This document shows positions 47,950-58,220 of a DNA stretch of 58,220 nt, in pieces. Source of the stretch: Chiloscyllium plagiosum (Eukaryota); assembly GCF_004010195.1 (NCBI RefSeq), contig NC_057718.1, positions 8,865,363 to 8,923,582 on the forward strand. Direction: 5' to 3'. The translations under genes and the position numbers were made by a program. The notes under the pieces are model-generated. The model did not search any database. It was not told the origin of the DNA and saw nothing but the letters and a program-made list of their open reading frames with translations. Within the stretch, counting starts at the first letter, position 1; each line of letters begins with the position of its first letter.

Positions 47950-48890
47950 TTTTAGAATATCCCTTTATAAGGCAGAGCTGAGGAGAATTCTTTTTCTCTC
48001 AGAGTGTCTCCAGAGCATCAAAGTCTTTTATCCAGAAGGAGGCAGAATCTTTAAATTTGTTCAAGGCTGAGCTCGGTAGGTTTTTTTAATTGGACAATGA
48101 AGTCAACAGTATTGACAGGAAGGTGTAGCCAAGATTACAACCAGAGCAGCCATGACCTTATTGAGTAGCAGAGGCTGACAGTCCTTTTCCTGCTTCTAAA
48201 TTGTTTGTTTTATGTTCCAACCTTGAAGTGACTCATAAAATGATTGAAGACATTTTAACAGAGAAATAGTAATCTGAAACAAAAGAAAGAAAATTGAAGG
48301 AGGACATATTGGGAGATCGTGTTGTGGCTGTACCAGGACACTGGTTAGGCCACTTTTGGAATATTGTGTTCAATTCTGGTCTCCCTGCTATCAGAGGGAT
48401 GTTGAGAAACTTGAAAGAGTTCAGAAAAGGACCTTGCCAGGGTTGGAGGGTTTGAGCTATAGGGAGAGGCTGAATAGGGTGGGGCTGTTTTGTCTGGAGT
48501 GTTGGAGGCTAATGTGTGGTCTTATAGAGGTTTACAAAATCATGAGGGACATGGATAGGATAAATAGACAAAGTATTTTATCCCAGGGTAGGGAAAAACT
48601 AGAAGGCACACATTTAAGGAGAGAGAGAAAAACTTTAAAAGGGACCTAAGAAGCAACTTTTTCACACAGAGGATGGTACGGGTATGGAATGAGCTGCCAG
48701 AGGAAGTGGTGGAGGCTGATACAATTACAACATTTAAAAGGCATCTGGATGGGTATATGAATAGGAAGGGTAAGGAGGGATATTGGCCAAATGCTGGCAA
48801 ATGGGACTAGATTAATTTAGGATATCTGGTCAGTGTGAACAAGTTAAACTAAAAAGTCTGTTTATGAGCTATACAGCTCTGTGACTCTCT
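47950..48890 (+). mobile_element. Two CR1 3' fragments (about 47950-48220, old; about 48310-48890)
   Basis: EYCVQFWSPCYQRDVEKLERVQKR...LIEVYKIMRDMDRIN; CR1 tail. Confidence 0.85.
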
Positions 48891-49829
48891 GACATGGTGA
48901 TAGAGGCAAGCGAGACTTGACTTTTTAATCCATGAAATTACCATCGATTTGTGTAATTGCACTGAGGTAATGCCAAATTGTGGGGATACAGTGATACCAG
49001 ACACAGTGGTATCATGGGTTGAATTCTCATCACCTTGTTGAGTTTTTTTTATGTTAACCACACCAGAATGGGGAAGAAGGGACCATCCAGAAGCTTAGCA
49101 ATGCTCTTACCCATTTTTCACCGCATGGCAACCACTCAAAGAGCAACATGACATCCAGTTGCACTGTGTTTGATTTGGTAAGCCTGTTGCCTGATCGATG
49201 TTCACTGTGTTTGATTGGTTAAGCCAGTGTGTGGACTTAGAGAAAGCAAAGCAAAGCTGTCGAAAGAGCTGGAAGGCAGACATTGTAAAGCGTTGTGAAT
49301 AAAAGTTGTTGTGCATATAGAAACTGATGGTGTCTCTGCAAAAAAAATCAGGGACTGGAAACACACAATGAGCAGGTTTGTCAGAGACCCAAAAACAGCA
49401 ACTGAGGATGAGGTCTGGCAAGATAGTCTGACCAAGAGCACAAATCATTATATCGGTGTCAGGACAATTCTGTGCACTCTCCATCTTCCTGCATCTCTCT
49501 CTGTTTCCCATTTTTGCCCTGTTTTACTTTAAATTATACAGTGGTTTCCACCTTGTTCACTCCATGTCAGACATCACTAATTGGGATGAAAAGCCTCTGC
49601 ATAAGGACAGAGGAGAGACAACCGTAAATGCATTGCACCCACGCAGGGCACGTGCAATCGAGAAAACTATATCTACAAAGAGGTCTATCGGGGTTTATGG
49701 TGAAATAGGTATTTCAATCATTTTATTTTCAGAAAAGCCAAAGGTTAATAAGCCCTAAAAACCTACCTTATTTGGGGAGCCCACTCTGCCTAAGCACTCT
49801 ATTCCTCAATCAAATTCCTCCTCAAACTC

Positions 49830-51020
49830 CAGAGTAAGTCCCAGCCTATCCAGCCTAATTTTATAACTCAAACACTCCTTTCCTGGTAAATCTTTTCTGA
49901 ACCCTGTTGAGCTTAATAATATACTTCCTACAACTGGGTGACCAGAAGAGGCCTCACCACTCTCCTATACATCCTCAACATGACATCGCAACTCCTATAT
50001 TCAATGGTCTGAACAATGAAGGCGAGTGTGCTAAATACCCTGTGTATTTGTGAGGCAGTTACAAAGAATTATGCACCAGGAATGCTCCGTCTCACTGTTC
50101 TACAACACTACCCAGGGCTCTACCATTAATTGCACAAGTCCTGTCCTTGTTTATTTCACCAAAATGCAATACCTCACATTTATCCAACTTAAAGTGCATC
50201 TGCCCCTCCTCAGCCCAATGACCAAATTGATCAAGATCCCTTTGTAATCTAGGATGACCTTATCCACTGTCCACTATCCCACCAATTTTGGTGTCACCCA
50301 CAAACCTATTAACCATGCCCCCTGTATTCTCATCCAAATCATTTATATAAATGACAAACAAAAGTGGAGAGAGTACCAATCCCTGTGGAACTCTGCTGGT
50401 CACAGGCCTCCAGTCTGAAAAACAACCCTCCATCATCACCCTCTGTCTCCTACCATCAAGCCAATTTTGTATCCAATTTGCAAACTGTCCTTGAATCCCA
50501 TGTGGCCTAACTTTAACAATTAATGTATCATGCAGAACCTTATCAAAGGCTTTACTAAAGTCCAAGTAAACAATATCTATCACTCTGCCCTCATCAATGT
50601 TTTTGGTTACTTCCTCATTAAACTCAATCAAGTTTGTGAGACATTCCCATGCACAAAACCATGCTGACTATCCCTAATCAGTCCTTGCCTCTCCAAATGC
50701 GTGTAAATCCTAACTTTCAGAATCACCTCCAACACTTTACCCACCACCAATGTCAGGCTCAGAGGTCTATAGTTCCCAGGCTTCCCCTTACAGCTTTTCT
50801 TAAATAAAGGCACAACATTAGCCACCCTCCTGTCCCCCAGCACCTCACCTGTGGTAATAGATGATATAAATATTTCTGCTAAGAGGCCTCACAATTTCTT
50901 CCCTAGCTTCTCACAATGTCCTGGGATACATTAGATCAGATCCTAAACATTTATCCACCTTTAATGTTTTCTAAGATCTCCAGCACTTCCTCTTCTTTAA
51001 TGTAAACTATTGTCAAAACA
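49830..51020 (-). mobile_element. CR1 RT-domain fragment
   Basis: VPLFKKSCKGKPGNYRPLSLT; YLDFSKAFDKV; VPQGLVLSPLLFVIYINDLD; FVGDTKIGG. Confidence 0.93.
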
Positions 51021-51124
51021 TCAATATTCATTTCTCCATAAGACCATAAGATAGAGGGGCAGAATTAGGACATTGGGTCCATCAAGTCTGGTCTGTTGTT
51101 CAATCATGGCTGATATCTTTCTCA

Positions 51125-51330
51125 AGATTAGAGTGGTGCTGGAAAAGCACAGCAGATCAGGCAGCATCCGAGGAGCAGGAAAATCGACGTTTTGGGCAAA
51201 AGCCAATCATCAAGCTTTTGCCTGAAATGTCGAATTCCCTGCACCTCGGATGCTGCCTGACCTGCTGTACGTTTCCAGCACCACTCTAATCTTAACTCTG
51301 ATCTCCAGCATCTGCAGTCCCCTTTTTTGC
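51125..51330. mobile_element. Fold-back PLE mini-element (family A, older) inside a CR1 tail
   Basis: Exact 15-bp TSD CTGATATCTTTCTCA at 51110-51124 and 51331-51345. Inverted arms aagattagagtggtgctggaaa / tttccagcaccactctaatctt. Confidence 0.88.
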
Positions 51331-52732
51331 CTGATATCTTTCTCAGTCCCAGTCTCCTGCCTTCTCTCCGTAACCCTTGATATTCACATCCATCACCAAA
51401 TAAAAAGAATATTCATTAAGATGGGCATTGCTACAGCTAAGCTGGTCTAGTCCACCATTTTAATAAGCGCATTAGCTCACATCAACGTATCTTCTCTTTT
51501 AAAACATCAGACAAGTGGAACTTAACATAAATAACCATGCGGAGATACAGTGTGCCAAAATTTCCTGCCTTATAAGCCAATGGCGGTATAATAAAAACCA
51601 TTTTATCCATAAAATTACACACGCACACCAAGCAGAGTATCCCTCATCAAGGGCTGGCAGATGTCAAAACAAAACTTGACAAAAACAAGAAAGAATTCCT
51701 ACAAAATTAACAGAAGCCATTATTTTCCACAGACAGTGACCAGCCAAGAGCTGGACCTTTGGGAGATGAACAATGCCTTTCATTGTATTCATTTCCAATC
51801 ACAGGAAAGCCCATGTAACTCTCTCAATTGCTGGCTCTGAGGCAGTTTCCCCGAGTGCTTTCAGAATCCAAAACTATCGGAGGCACTGAAGAGAAGAGAT
51901 TCATCTGTCAAAATAAACATTCCCTTTTTAAAGGGGCAGCCGTCTTCAGCATTTTGGCAAAGCGGTCCTTAGGTTTCTTAGTAAAAGTTCATTTAAAACC
52001 ATGCTGACTGTATATGTTAATATGTACTTTCTGTCTTCATCTTGCTGAGGTGGGACAGGTTGGGGTGAAGTGAGGGGTGGAGTCCTCAACTCTTGGTAGT
52101 CAAGGAGTCCTGGTGCATACAATTTTCCCCTCTGTCCCCTCCGTAGAAGCAAGAGGGGAAATAAACTGGCTTCCATCAAGCTTTAGATTTTTTTATTGCA
52201 GGGAGAGAGAGAGAGCACTTCCCAGAGATCCAAAGGCTTCTGGCTATATCATTCACAGCCACAAGATGTTCAGCTACCTGAGAGCTAATAGCATTGTTGT
52301 TGACAGGCAGAAAGCCTTTGTCATTGACAACTGGCCACCAGACCAATCAGTTACCTGTTCCCAGCTGAATCTCACTTGATATATAGCCCCTGGTGCCAGC
52401 CTGTCTGCTGTGACACAGCTGCACTAGAAGCAAAGTATTTGGTTCACAGTTTTTCAAGTTGACAGGCCCTATTTGCAACATGGTTAAAGGGCTCTTCATC
52501 ACACCATATCTGTGCCAATCCTCTGAATGTACAATTTACCTCATGCCATTACTCCTGTCTTCCCCCTGTAACCTTGAACATTTTTTGTTTCCTGATAGCA
52601 GTCTGATTCTCTTTTAAATTCTAGAATGAACCAAATTTTTGCACACTGAATTCCAGATTGTGAAAACACTCTACGTGAAAACATTTCTCCTTGGGCCATT
52701 TTGCTTCTATTTGCCAATCACTTTCAATCCAT

Positions 52733-53190
52733 TTTAGCTATAGAGAAAGGTTGAATAGGCTGGGGCTGTTTTCCTTGGAGCGTGGAGGCTGAGGGGTGAC
52801 TTTATAGAGGTTTACAAAATCATGAGGGGCATGGATGGGATAAATAGACAAAGTCTCTTCCCTGGGATGTGGGAATCCAGAACTAAAGGGCATAGGTTTA
52901 GGGTGAGAGGGGAAAGATATAAAAGAGACCTCAGGGGCAACTTTTTCACGCAGAGGGTGGTACATGTATGGAATGAGCTGCCAGAGGAAATGGTGGAGGC
53001 TGGTACAATTGCAGCATGTAAAAGGCATTTGGATGGGTAAATGAAGAAGAAGGATTTGGAGGGATATGGGCTGGTTGCTGGCAAGTGGGACTAGATTGGG
53101 TTGGGATATCTGGTCGGCATGGACGAGGTGGACTGAAGGATCTGTTTCCGTGCTATATATCTCTATGATGCTGTGACTCTACGACTCTCA
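52733..53190 (+). mobile_element. CR1 (HER1-like) 3' end nested in an older minus-strand CR1 (about 52470-53290)
   Basis: MRGMDGINRQSLFPG...FFTQRVVHVWNELPEE. Confidence 0.9.
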
Positions 53191-53452
53191 TTGTCAGTAC
53201 TTTCCATCACTGGGAGCAGTTTCTTCCTCTCTACTCCCTCCAGAGCCCCTCCTGTGTTTGAACACCTCGGTTAAATCTCCTCATAACTAGGTGGCCAAAA
53301 GTTGCCTGCCAATCAGAAGCCAACAACTTCTGGGTCCTAAAGTCCACAGGTTAGGACTCTGTGAGGAGGCATGTAAAGCATAGAAACATAGCAAATAGGA
53401 ACTCGGGCATGCTCCCATTCAATATGATCATGGCTAAACATCCAACTGAGTA

Positions 53453-53610
53453 CAAAAACAGACATTACTGGAAAAACTCAGCAGGTTTGGCAGCATCTGT
53501 GGAGAGAAATCAGAGTTAATGTTTCAGGTTGAGTGACCCTTCTTCAGAACTGAAGGGTCACTGGACCCAAACTATTGATTCTGATTCCTCTCCACAAATG
53601 CTGCCAGACC
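53453..53610. mobile_element. Fold-back PLE mini-element (family B)
   Basis: ggcagcatctgtggagagaaatcagag...tgacccttc / gaagggtca...ctctccacaaatgctgcc. Minus strand agtt-CTGAAGA-A-GGGTCACTCAACCT-GAAA-CA-TT-aact. Confidence 0.72.
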
Positions 53611-53699
53611 ACATTGTCACCGGCTCCAGGAAGGGGGCCCACTGCTCATATACACCACAGGAGCCGGCTGTTTGATCCATCGAGTCCATGTCAGCTGCC

Positions 53700-54105
53700 T
53701 TCAAGGATAAGATATGGGAGCAGAATCAGGCCATTCTGCCCATCAAATCTGCTCCTCCATTTGATCATGGCTAATATGCTCCTCACCCCCCATTTCCCTG
53801 CCTTCTCCTGATATCCCTTCAACCCATTACCAATTAAAAATCTATCTAACTCCTCCTTAAATTTACTCTCTGTCCCAGCATCTACCTCATTTTGGGGCAG
53901 TGAATTCCCACAGATTCATAACCCTTTTGGAGAGGCAGTTTCCCCTCAACTCTGTTTTAAATTTGCTGCCCCTTATCCTAAGACTATGATCTCTCGTCCC
54001 AGAATGCCCCACAAGAGGAAGCGTCCAATCCATGTCTACTTCATCCACACCTTTTGTCATCTTGAATACTTCAATTTGATCTCCTCCCACTCTTCCAAAT
54101 TCCAG
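53700..54105 (-). mobile_element. CR1 3' fragment
   Basis: GDQIEVFKMTKGVDEV...SLRIRGSKFKTELRGN. Confidence 0.82.
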
Positions 54106-54214
54106 TGCAATTCAACAGGTTCCAATTCCTTGCCCTTTCCATTTCATGTTGTGCAAATTAAATCGCACAAAATATGCAGAAGTCTCACACACAAGTAAAC
54201 CTTTTGTTATTTAC

Positions 54215-54552
54215 TCATTCGCAGGATAAGGGCATGAATGGGTCAACATTGTTTGCCATCCCTAGTCATAATGAGGGCAGTTAGAGTCAACTACATTGCT
54301 GTTTGGGTCTGGACTCACATGTCGGCCAGTCCAAGTAAGGATGGCAATTTCCCTCCATAAAGGACATTAGTGAACCAGATGGATTTTTCCTGACATTTGT
54401 GTCATCATTAGATTCTTAATTCCAGATTTTTTTTACTGACTTCACACCCCACCATGTGTCATGGCAGGATTCAAACCCAGGTTTCCAGAACATTGTCCGG
54501 GTCTCTAGATTAACAATCCAGCAACGATACCATTGGGCCATCACCTTCCCTT
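54215..54552 (-). mobile_element. tRNA-derived SINE, best-preserved copy of the 4805-5104 family
   Basis: Minus gggaaggtgatggcccaatggtatcg...ctgggtttgaatcctgcc...ccatctggttcactaatgtcc...gccatccttacttggactgg. Confidence 0.75.
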
Positions 54553-54764
54553 AACAAACACCCCTTAGGGAATTCCCTCCCAACTCCCCTTATCCATTAG
54601 GTCTCCATCCAGGTTGGCATTTGATGCTTGAGATTAATTGTCCTTGAGCTAAACAGTTTGCTAAGTCGCATCAGACTCAGTTGCATTGTTGTATCGACAT
54701 GAAGGTAGGAAGATTTCCTTTCTTTAATCTTTAGTGAGCCAGCTGAGTTTCTACAACAATCGGT

Positions 54765-54985
54765 CAATAGACAATAGACAATAGGTGCAGGAGTCGGCCA
54801 TTCTGCCCTTCGAGCCTGCACCACCATTCAATATAATCATGGCTGGTCATCCTTAATCAGTATCCTGTTCCTGCCTTATCTCCATAACCCTTGATTCCAC
54901 TATCCTTGAGAGCTCTATCCAACTCTTTCTTAACTGAATCCAGAGACTGGGCGTCCACTGCCCTCTGGGGCAGAGCATTCCACAC
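54765..54985 (-). mobile_element. Young CR1 3' tip with a (caataga)n tail as read on +
   Basis: caatagacaatagacaataggtgcaggagtcggccatt...agagcattccacac. Confidence 0.85.
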
Positions 54986-55159
54986 GGTCATAGTCATTAT
55001 GCTCACCATTACTGTAACCACCTTAATGTTCAAGTTGTATTTAATTGAAATTAAATTCCAACAGTTGATATAGTGGGATTTGAACCCATGTCCCTAACTC
55101 TTTAGCCTGAGTCCAACGAGACCCGAGAATCCAGGTGCATGGATTTTTTGAATGTCATG

Positions 55160-55765
55160 AACAGGTGAAGAAAATAATCAAGGAAGCGAATGAAATGCTG
55201 CCCTTGATTTCTGAGGGACTGCAGTACAATCAGTAATTTTGCAGCTATACCAAACCCTGGTCAGACCCCACTTGGTGTACTCTGAGCAGATCTGGGCATA
55301 CACCTCAGGAAGGATGCACTGGCCTTGGAAGGTAGGTTTACAAGAATGATATCTGTACTCCAAGGGTTACATTATGAAGAGAGATTACACAAATTAAATC
55401 TGTTTCCTTTAAAATTTTGAAGGTTAAGTAGTGATGTGATCGAAACATCCAAGATATTATCAGGAAAAAGTAGATAAAACTGTTTCGACTGGTTGGGAAT
55501 TCTAGGAAGCATAGTCTGAGAATTAGAACCAGACGTTCGGGAGAGATGTTTGGAAGCACGTGGGCACACACAGAGTGGGAGAACTCTCTTCCACAAATGG
55601 AAATGGATGCTGGATCAGTTGTTAATTTTGAACCTGATATATAGATACGGATATGAATAGATTGAGAGGGATACATTCCAAAGGCAGGTACGTGGAGTTA
55701 GACGATAGACTATTGAAAGGTGGAACTGGCTCAAGGGACTGAATGACCTACTCCTTTTCCTTTCG
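55160..55765 (+). mobile_element. CR1 3' fragment
   Basis: ctataccaaaccctggtcagaccccacttggtgtac...tgggagaactctcttccacaaa. Confidence 0.78.
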
Positions 55766-56202
55766 TTGACAGGAACCAATCTATTTCCATTACCACAACA
55801 GTACCATGTCCATCCTGGCATCGTGCCAATACAGCACACCCTCTGACTGCAGTGGAGTGTCAGCCTAGATTAATTTCAAAGACTGGGTTATACAAAGTGG
55901 GAAAAAACTGCAAACACAGTGGATGCAAAATAATTCTGTGATAGCAAACGCATGTTTAATAAAACATTAGGGTACATTTCCTGTTTGAAAGGTTAAAGAA
56001 TTGATGCTAAAGTGCAGCAATCTGATTCTCTTCATCTTGCTCGCTGCATGACTCCCTCTGGAAGCAGAATCTGTCCTATTTATTCATCTGCCACTGCATT
56101 AAATCACGCTTGCCATAATACTCAGCATTACAGCCAAGGAAAGTCTTACACTGCACCCTTTACACTATCTTTCAGACTTCTAGTTAGTGTTCACTTTCCC
56201 CT

Positions 56203-56510
56203 ATCACAGTATGGTAGCAGGAAGCAGACCATTTGACCCATCGAGTCCACACTAACAGCATCCCACCAGACCCACCTCCTTCCCTATCCCTGGATTCCCC
56301 ATGGCTAATCCAACGAACATGCACATCTCCAGATACTATCGGTAATTTCCCCAGGTCAGTGCACCTGACCTGCACACCTTTGGACAGTGGGACAAAACAC
56401 ACGCAGACACAGTGAGAATGTGAAAACTCCACACAGACAGTCACCCGAGGCTGGAATCAAACCTGGATCCCTGGAACTGTGAGGCAAGTGTGCTAACCAC
56501 TGAGCCACCA
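56203..56510 (-). mobile_element. HE1-type V-SINE
   Basis: ggtggctcagtggttagcac...ccaggtttgattcc on the minus strand. Confidence 0.8.
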
Positions 56511-56849
56511 AGGGAATCATTAAGGACTAAGGGAATAGCACAGGGAAAATGGCATTGGAATAAAGATCAGACGCGAATTCTTTGTATGGAGGAATGGACT
56601 CAAGGGGCTGACTGGCCTCCTCTTGCTTCTATTTCCTATAATCATTCCATTCTTCAATTCTGAATGATGTCATTCACTGTTGATGTTCCTCTTAATATTC
56701 CTATATCCCTATTGCATTATCATAGTATGCAGAATAGTATATTCTCCCAATGAGTGGAAATTCTCTCTGTCAGGGAAATATTGTGATGAGATCTCTCCGG
56801 GGATCCAATGCACGAGGTCCCTAGTTTCAAGATGACTAACAGTTTGTGT

Positions 56850-57336
56850 ATTCAATGGTGTTGCGACAAAGGTTTACCAGATTGATTCCTGGAATTGCAG
56901 GACCGATGTATGAAGAGAGACTAGATCAGTTTGAACTTTATTCACTGGAGTTTAGAAGAATGTGGGAGGGGTGGAGGATCTCATAGAAGCCTATAGAATT
57001 CTAACAGGACTAGACAGGGTAAAAACAGGATGGATGTTCCTGATGACCGGCCAATCCAGAAAGTCAAAAGATCGGGGGTAGGCCATTGGGACTGAGCTGA
57101 GGAGAAATGTCTTCACCCAGAGAGTGGTGAGCCTGTGGAATTCTCTGCCACAGAAAGCAGTAGAGACCAAAACATTGAATGTCTTCAAGAAGAAAATGGA
57201 TGTGGTTCTAGGGGCTAAAGGGATCAAAGGGTACAGGGAGAAAGCAGGAACAGGGGACTGAGTGAAGGATCAGACTGAATGGTGGAGCGGGCTCAAACGG
57301 CCAAATGGCCGATTCATCCTCCTGTTTTCTGTGTTT
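56850..57336 (+). mobile_element. CR1 3' fragment ending just upstream of the candidate exon
   Basis: gagtggtgagcctgtggaattctctgccacagaaagc...ggccaaatggccgattcatcctcctgttttctgtgttt. Confidence 0.85.
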
Positions 57337-57357
57337 GTATCTCATCTTCACTAACAG

Positions 57358-57534
57358 CTATTCTCCAGCTTCCTGGAAGGATGGGATTGTGTGAGAAGGG
57401 ATGGGATCATAGCAGTTGCCAGAAAAACTGGTGCCAACCCTTTGGTAGTAAATGGCATGGCATTTGGGGCATTGAAAAGAAGTGTCAGCGCATTCACTGG
57501 TGCCCTGGTCACTATTGGCACGCAATCAATGATG
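57358..57534 (+). CDS. Candidate internal coding exon (177 nt) of an unidentified host gene; preferred phase-0 peptide LFSSFLEGWDCVRRDGIIAVARKTGANPLVVNGMAFGALKRSVSAFTGALVTIGTQSMM
   Basis: Acceptor ctcatcttcactaacAG, donor atg|GTATGT, length divisible by 3, non-repetitive sequence, strong purine bias at codon position 1, open antisense mirror frame. Protein not recognised. Confidence 0.6.
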
Positions 57535-57756
57535 GTATGTATGCAAGAGAAGCTAGACACAGTGATCTCACCACTTGCCAATGAGCTAATTGAGGTACAG
57601 ACATGCTCTGATTAAGGTAGTCATTGGTGTCTATATGTGTGTATAAATTACACATCTGGTACATTTGACTCTGAACTCTAGACAATGACACCCTTAAAAA
57701 CCGTGACCCAATGGGATAAGGGTAGGCGTGTGTCATCCTAAGATTTTAACTCTTTG

Positions 57757-58220
57757 AGAGAAAGTGAGGGCTGCACATGCTGGAGATCAGAGCTGAAAAT
57801 GTGTTGCTGGAAAAGCGCAGCAGGTCAGGCAGCATCCAAGGAACAGGAGAATCGACGTTTCAGGCATAAGCCCTTCTTCAAGAATGAGGAAAGGGTGTCC
57901 AGCAGGCTAAGATAAAAGGTAGGGAGGAGGGACGTGGGGGAGGGGCTTTGGAAATGCGATAGGTGGAGGGAGGTCAAGGTGAGGGTGATAGGCCGGAGNT
58001 TCTTCAAGAATGAGGAAAGGGTGTCCAGCAGGCTAAGATAAAAGGTAGGGAGGAGGGACGTGGGGGAGGGGCTTTGGAAATGCGATAGGTGGAGGGAGGT
58101 CAAGGTGAGGGTGATAGGCCGGAGTGGGGTGGGGGCGGAGAGGTCAGAAAGATGATTGCAGGTTAGGAAGGCGGTGCTGAGTTCGAGGGATTTGACTGAG
58201 ACAAGGTGGGGGGAGGGGAA
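57757..58220 (-). mobile_element. PLE 3' region (family A terminal repeat plus 3'UTR), continues beyond the window
   Basis: gagaaagtgagggctgcacatgctggagatcagagctg...gacgtttcaggcataagcccttcttca, followed by the upstream 3'UTR also seen in the 34678-34710 spacer. Confidence 0.88.

Noticed and set aside
49571..49708. Possible 138-nt phase-1 exon (ITNWDEKPLHKDRGETTVNALHPRRARAIEK...)
   Set aside because: Weak donor (ag|gtattt), unrecognised peptide and phase mismatch with the preferred frame of the 57358 exon. It could equally be non-coding and needs RNA-seq.
1845..57885. Recurring short palindromic repeats suggestive of CRISPR repeats or MITE TIRs
   Set aside because: They are dispersed, lack regular spacers and cas genes, sit in a eukaryotic context, and are explained as PLE termini.
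57874..58124. Exact 125-bp tandem duplication within the PLE
   Set aside because: The copies (57874-57998 and 58000-58124) are separated by a single N, typical of an unmerged contig overlap in scaffolding.

Overview
Eukaryotic, repeat-dense genomic DNA, almost certainly from a cartilaginous fish. Shark-type HE1 V-SINEs, Deu-domain SINEs and HER1/CR1 LINEs dominate; a bamboo-shark-like source is only an inference. The window reads like one or more very long introns or an intergenic stretch. Much of it is nested, decayed transposons: CR1 LINE fragments (one retains a 5' end with a Zn-finger/GDSL-esterase ORF1), a second CR1/L2-group LINE, two Rex1/Babar fragments, about 13 HE1 SINE copies, other tRNA-derived SINEs, a solo LTR with a 4-bp TSD, a Gypsy gag relic and a TA-flanked MITE. 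It also holds many Penelope-like element (PLE) termini. No complete gene is present. One good candidate coding exon lies at 57358-57534 (+), and several repeat-free islands look like possible enhancers. The most striking structure is a set of PLE-derived mini-elements from four sequence families. They carry minimal hammerhead-ribozyme cores (CUGANGA..stem II..GAAA-NN-UH), and about nine copies are ~160-290-bp fold-back hairpins, most with visible 10-15-bp TSDs, including a perfect 186-bp palindrome. There are two N-gaps and one likely scaffold-overlap artefact. Most repeat boundaries are approximate, and family names come from recalled consensus similarity, not database searches.
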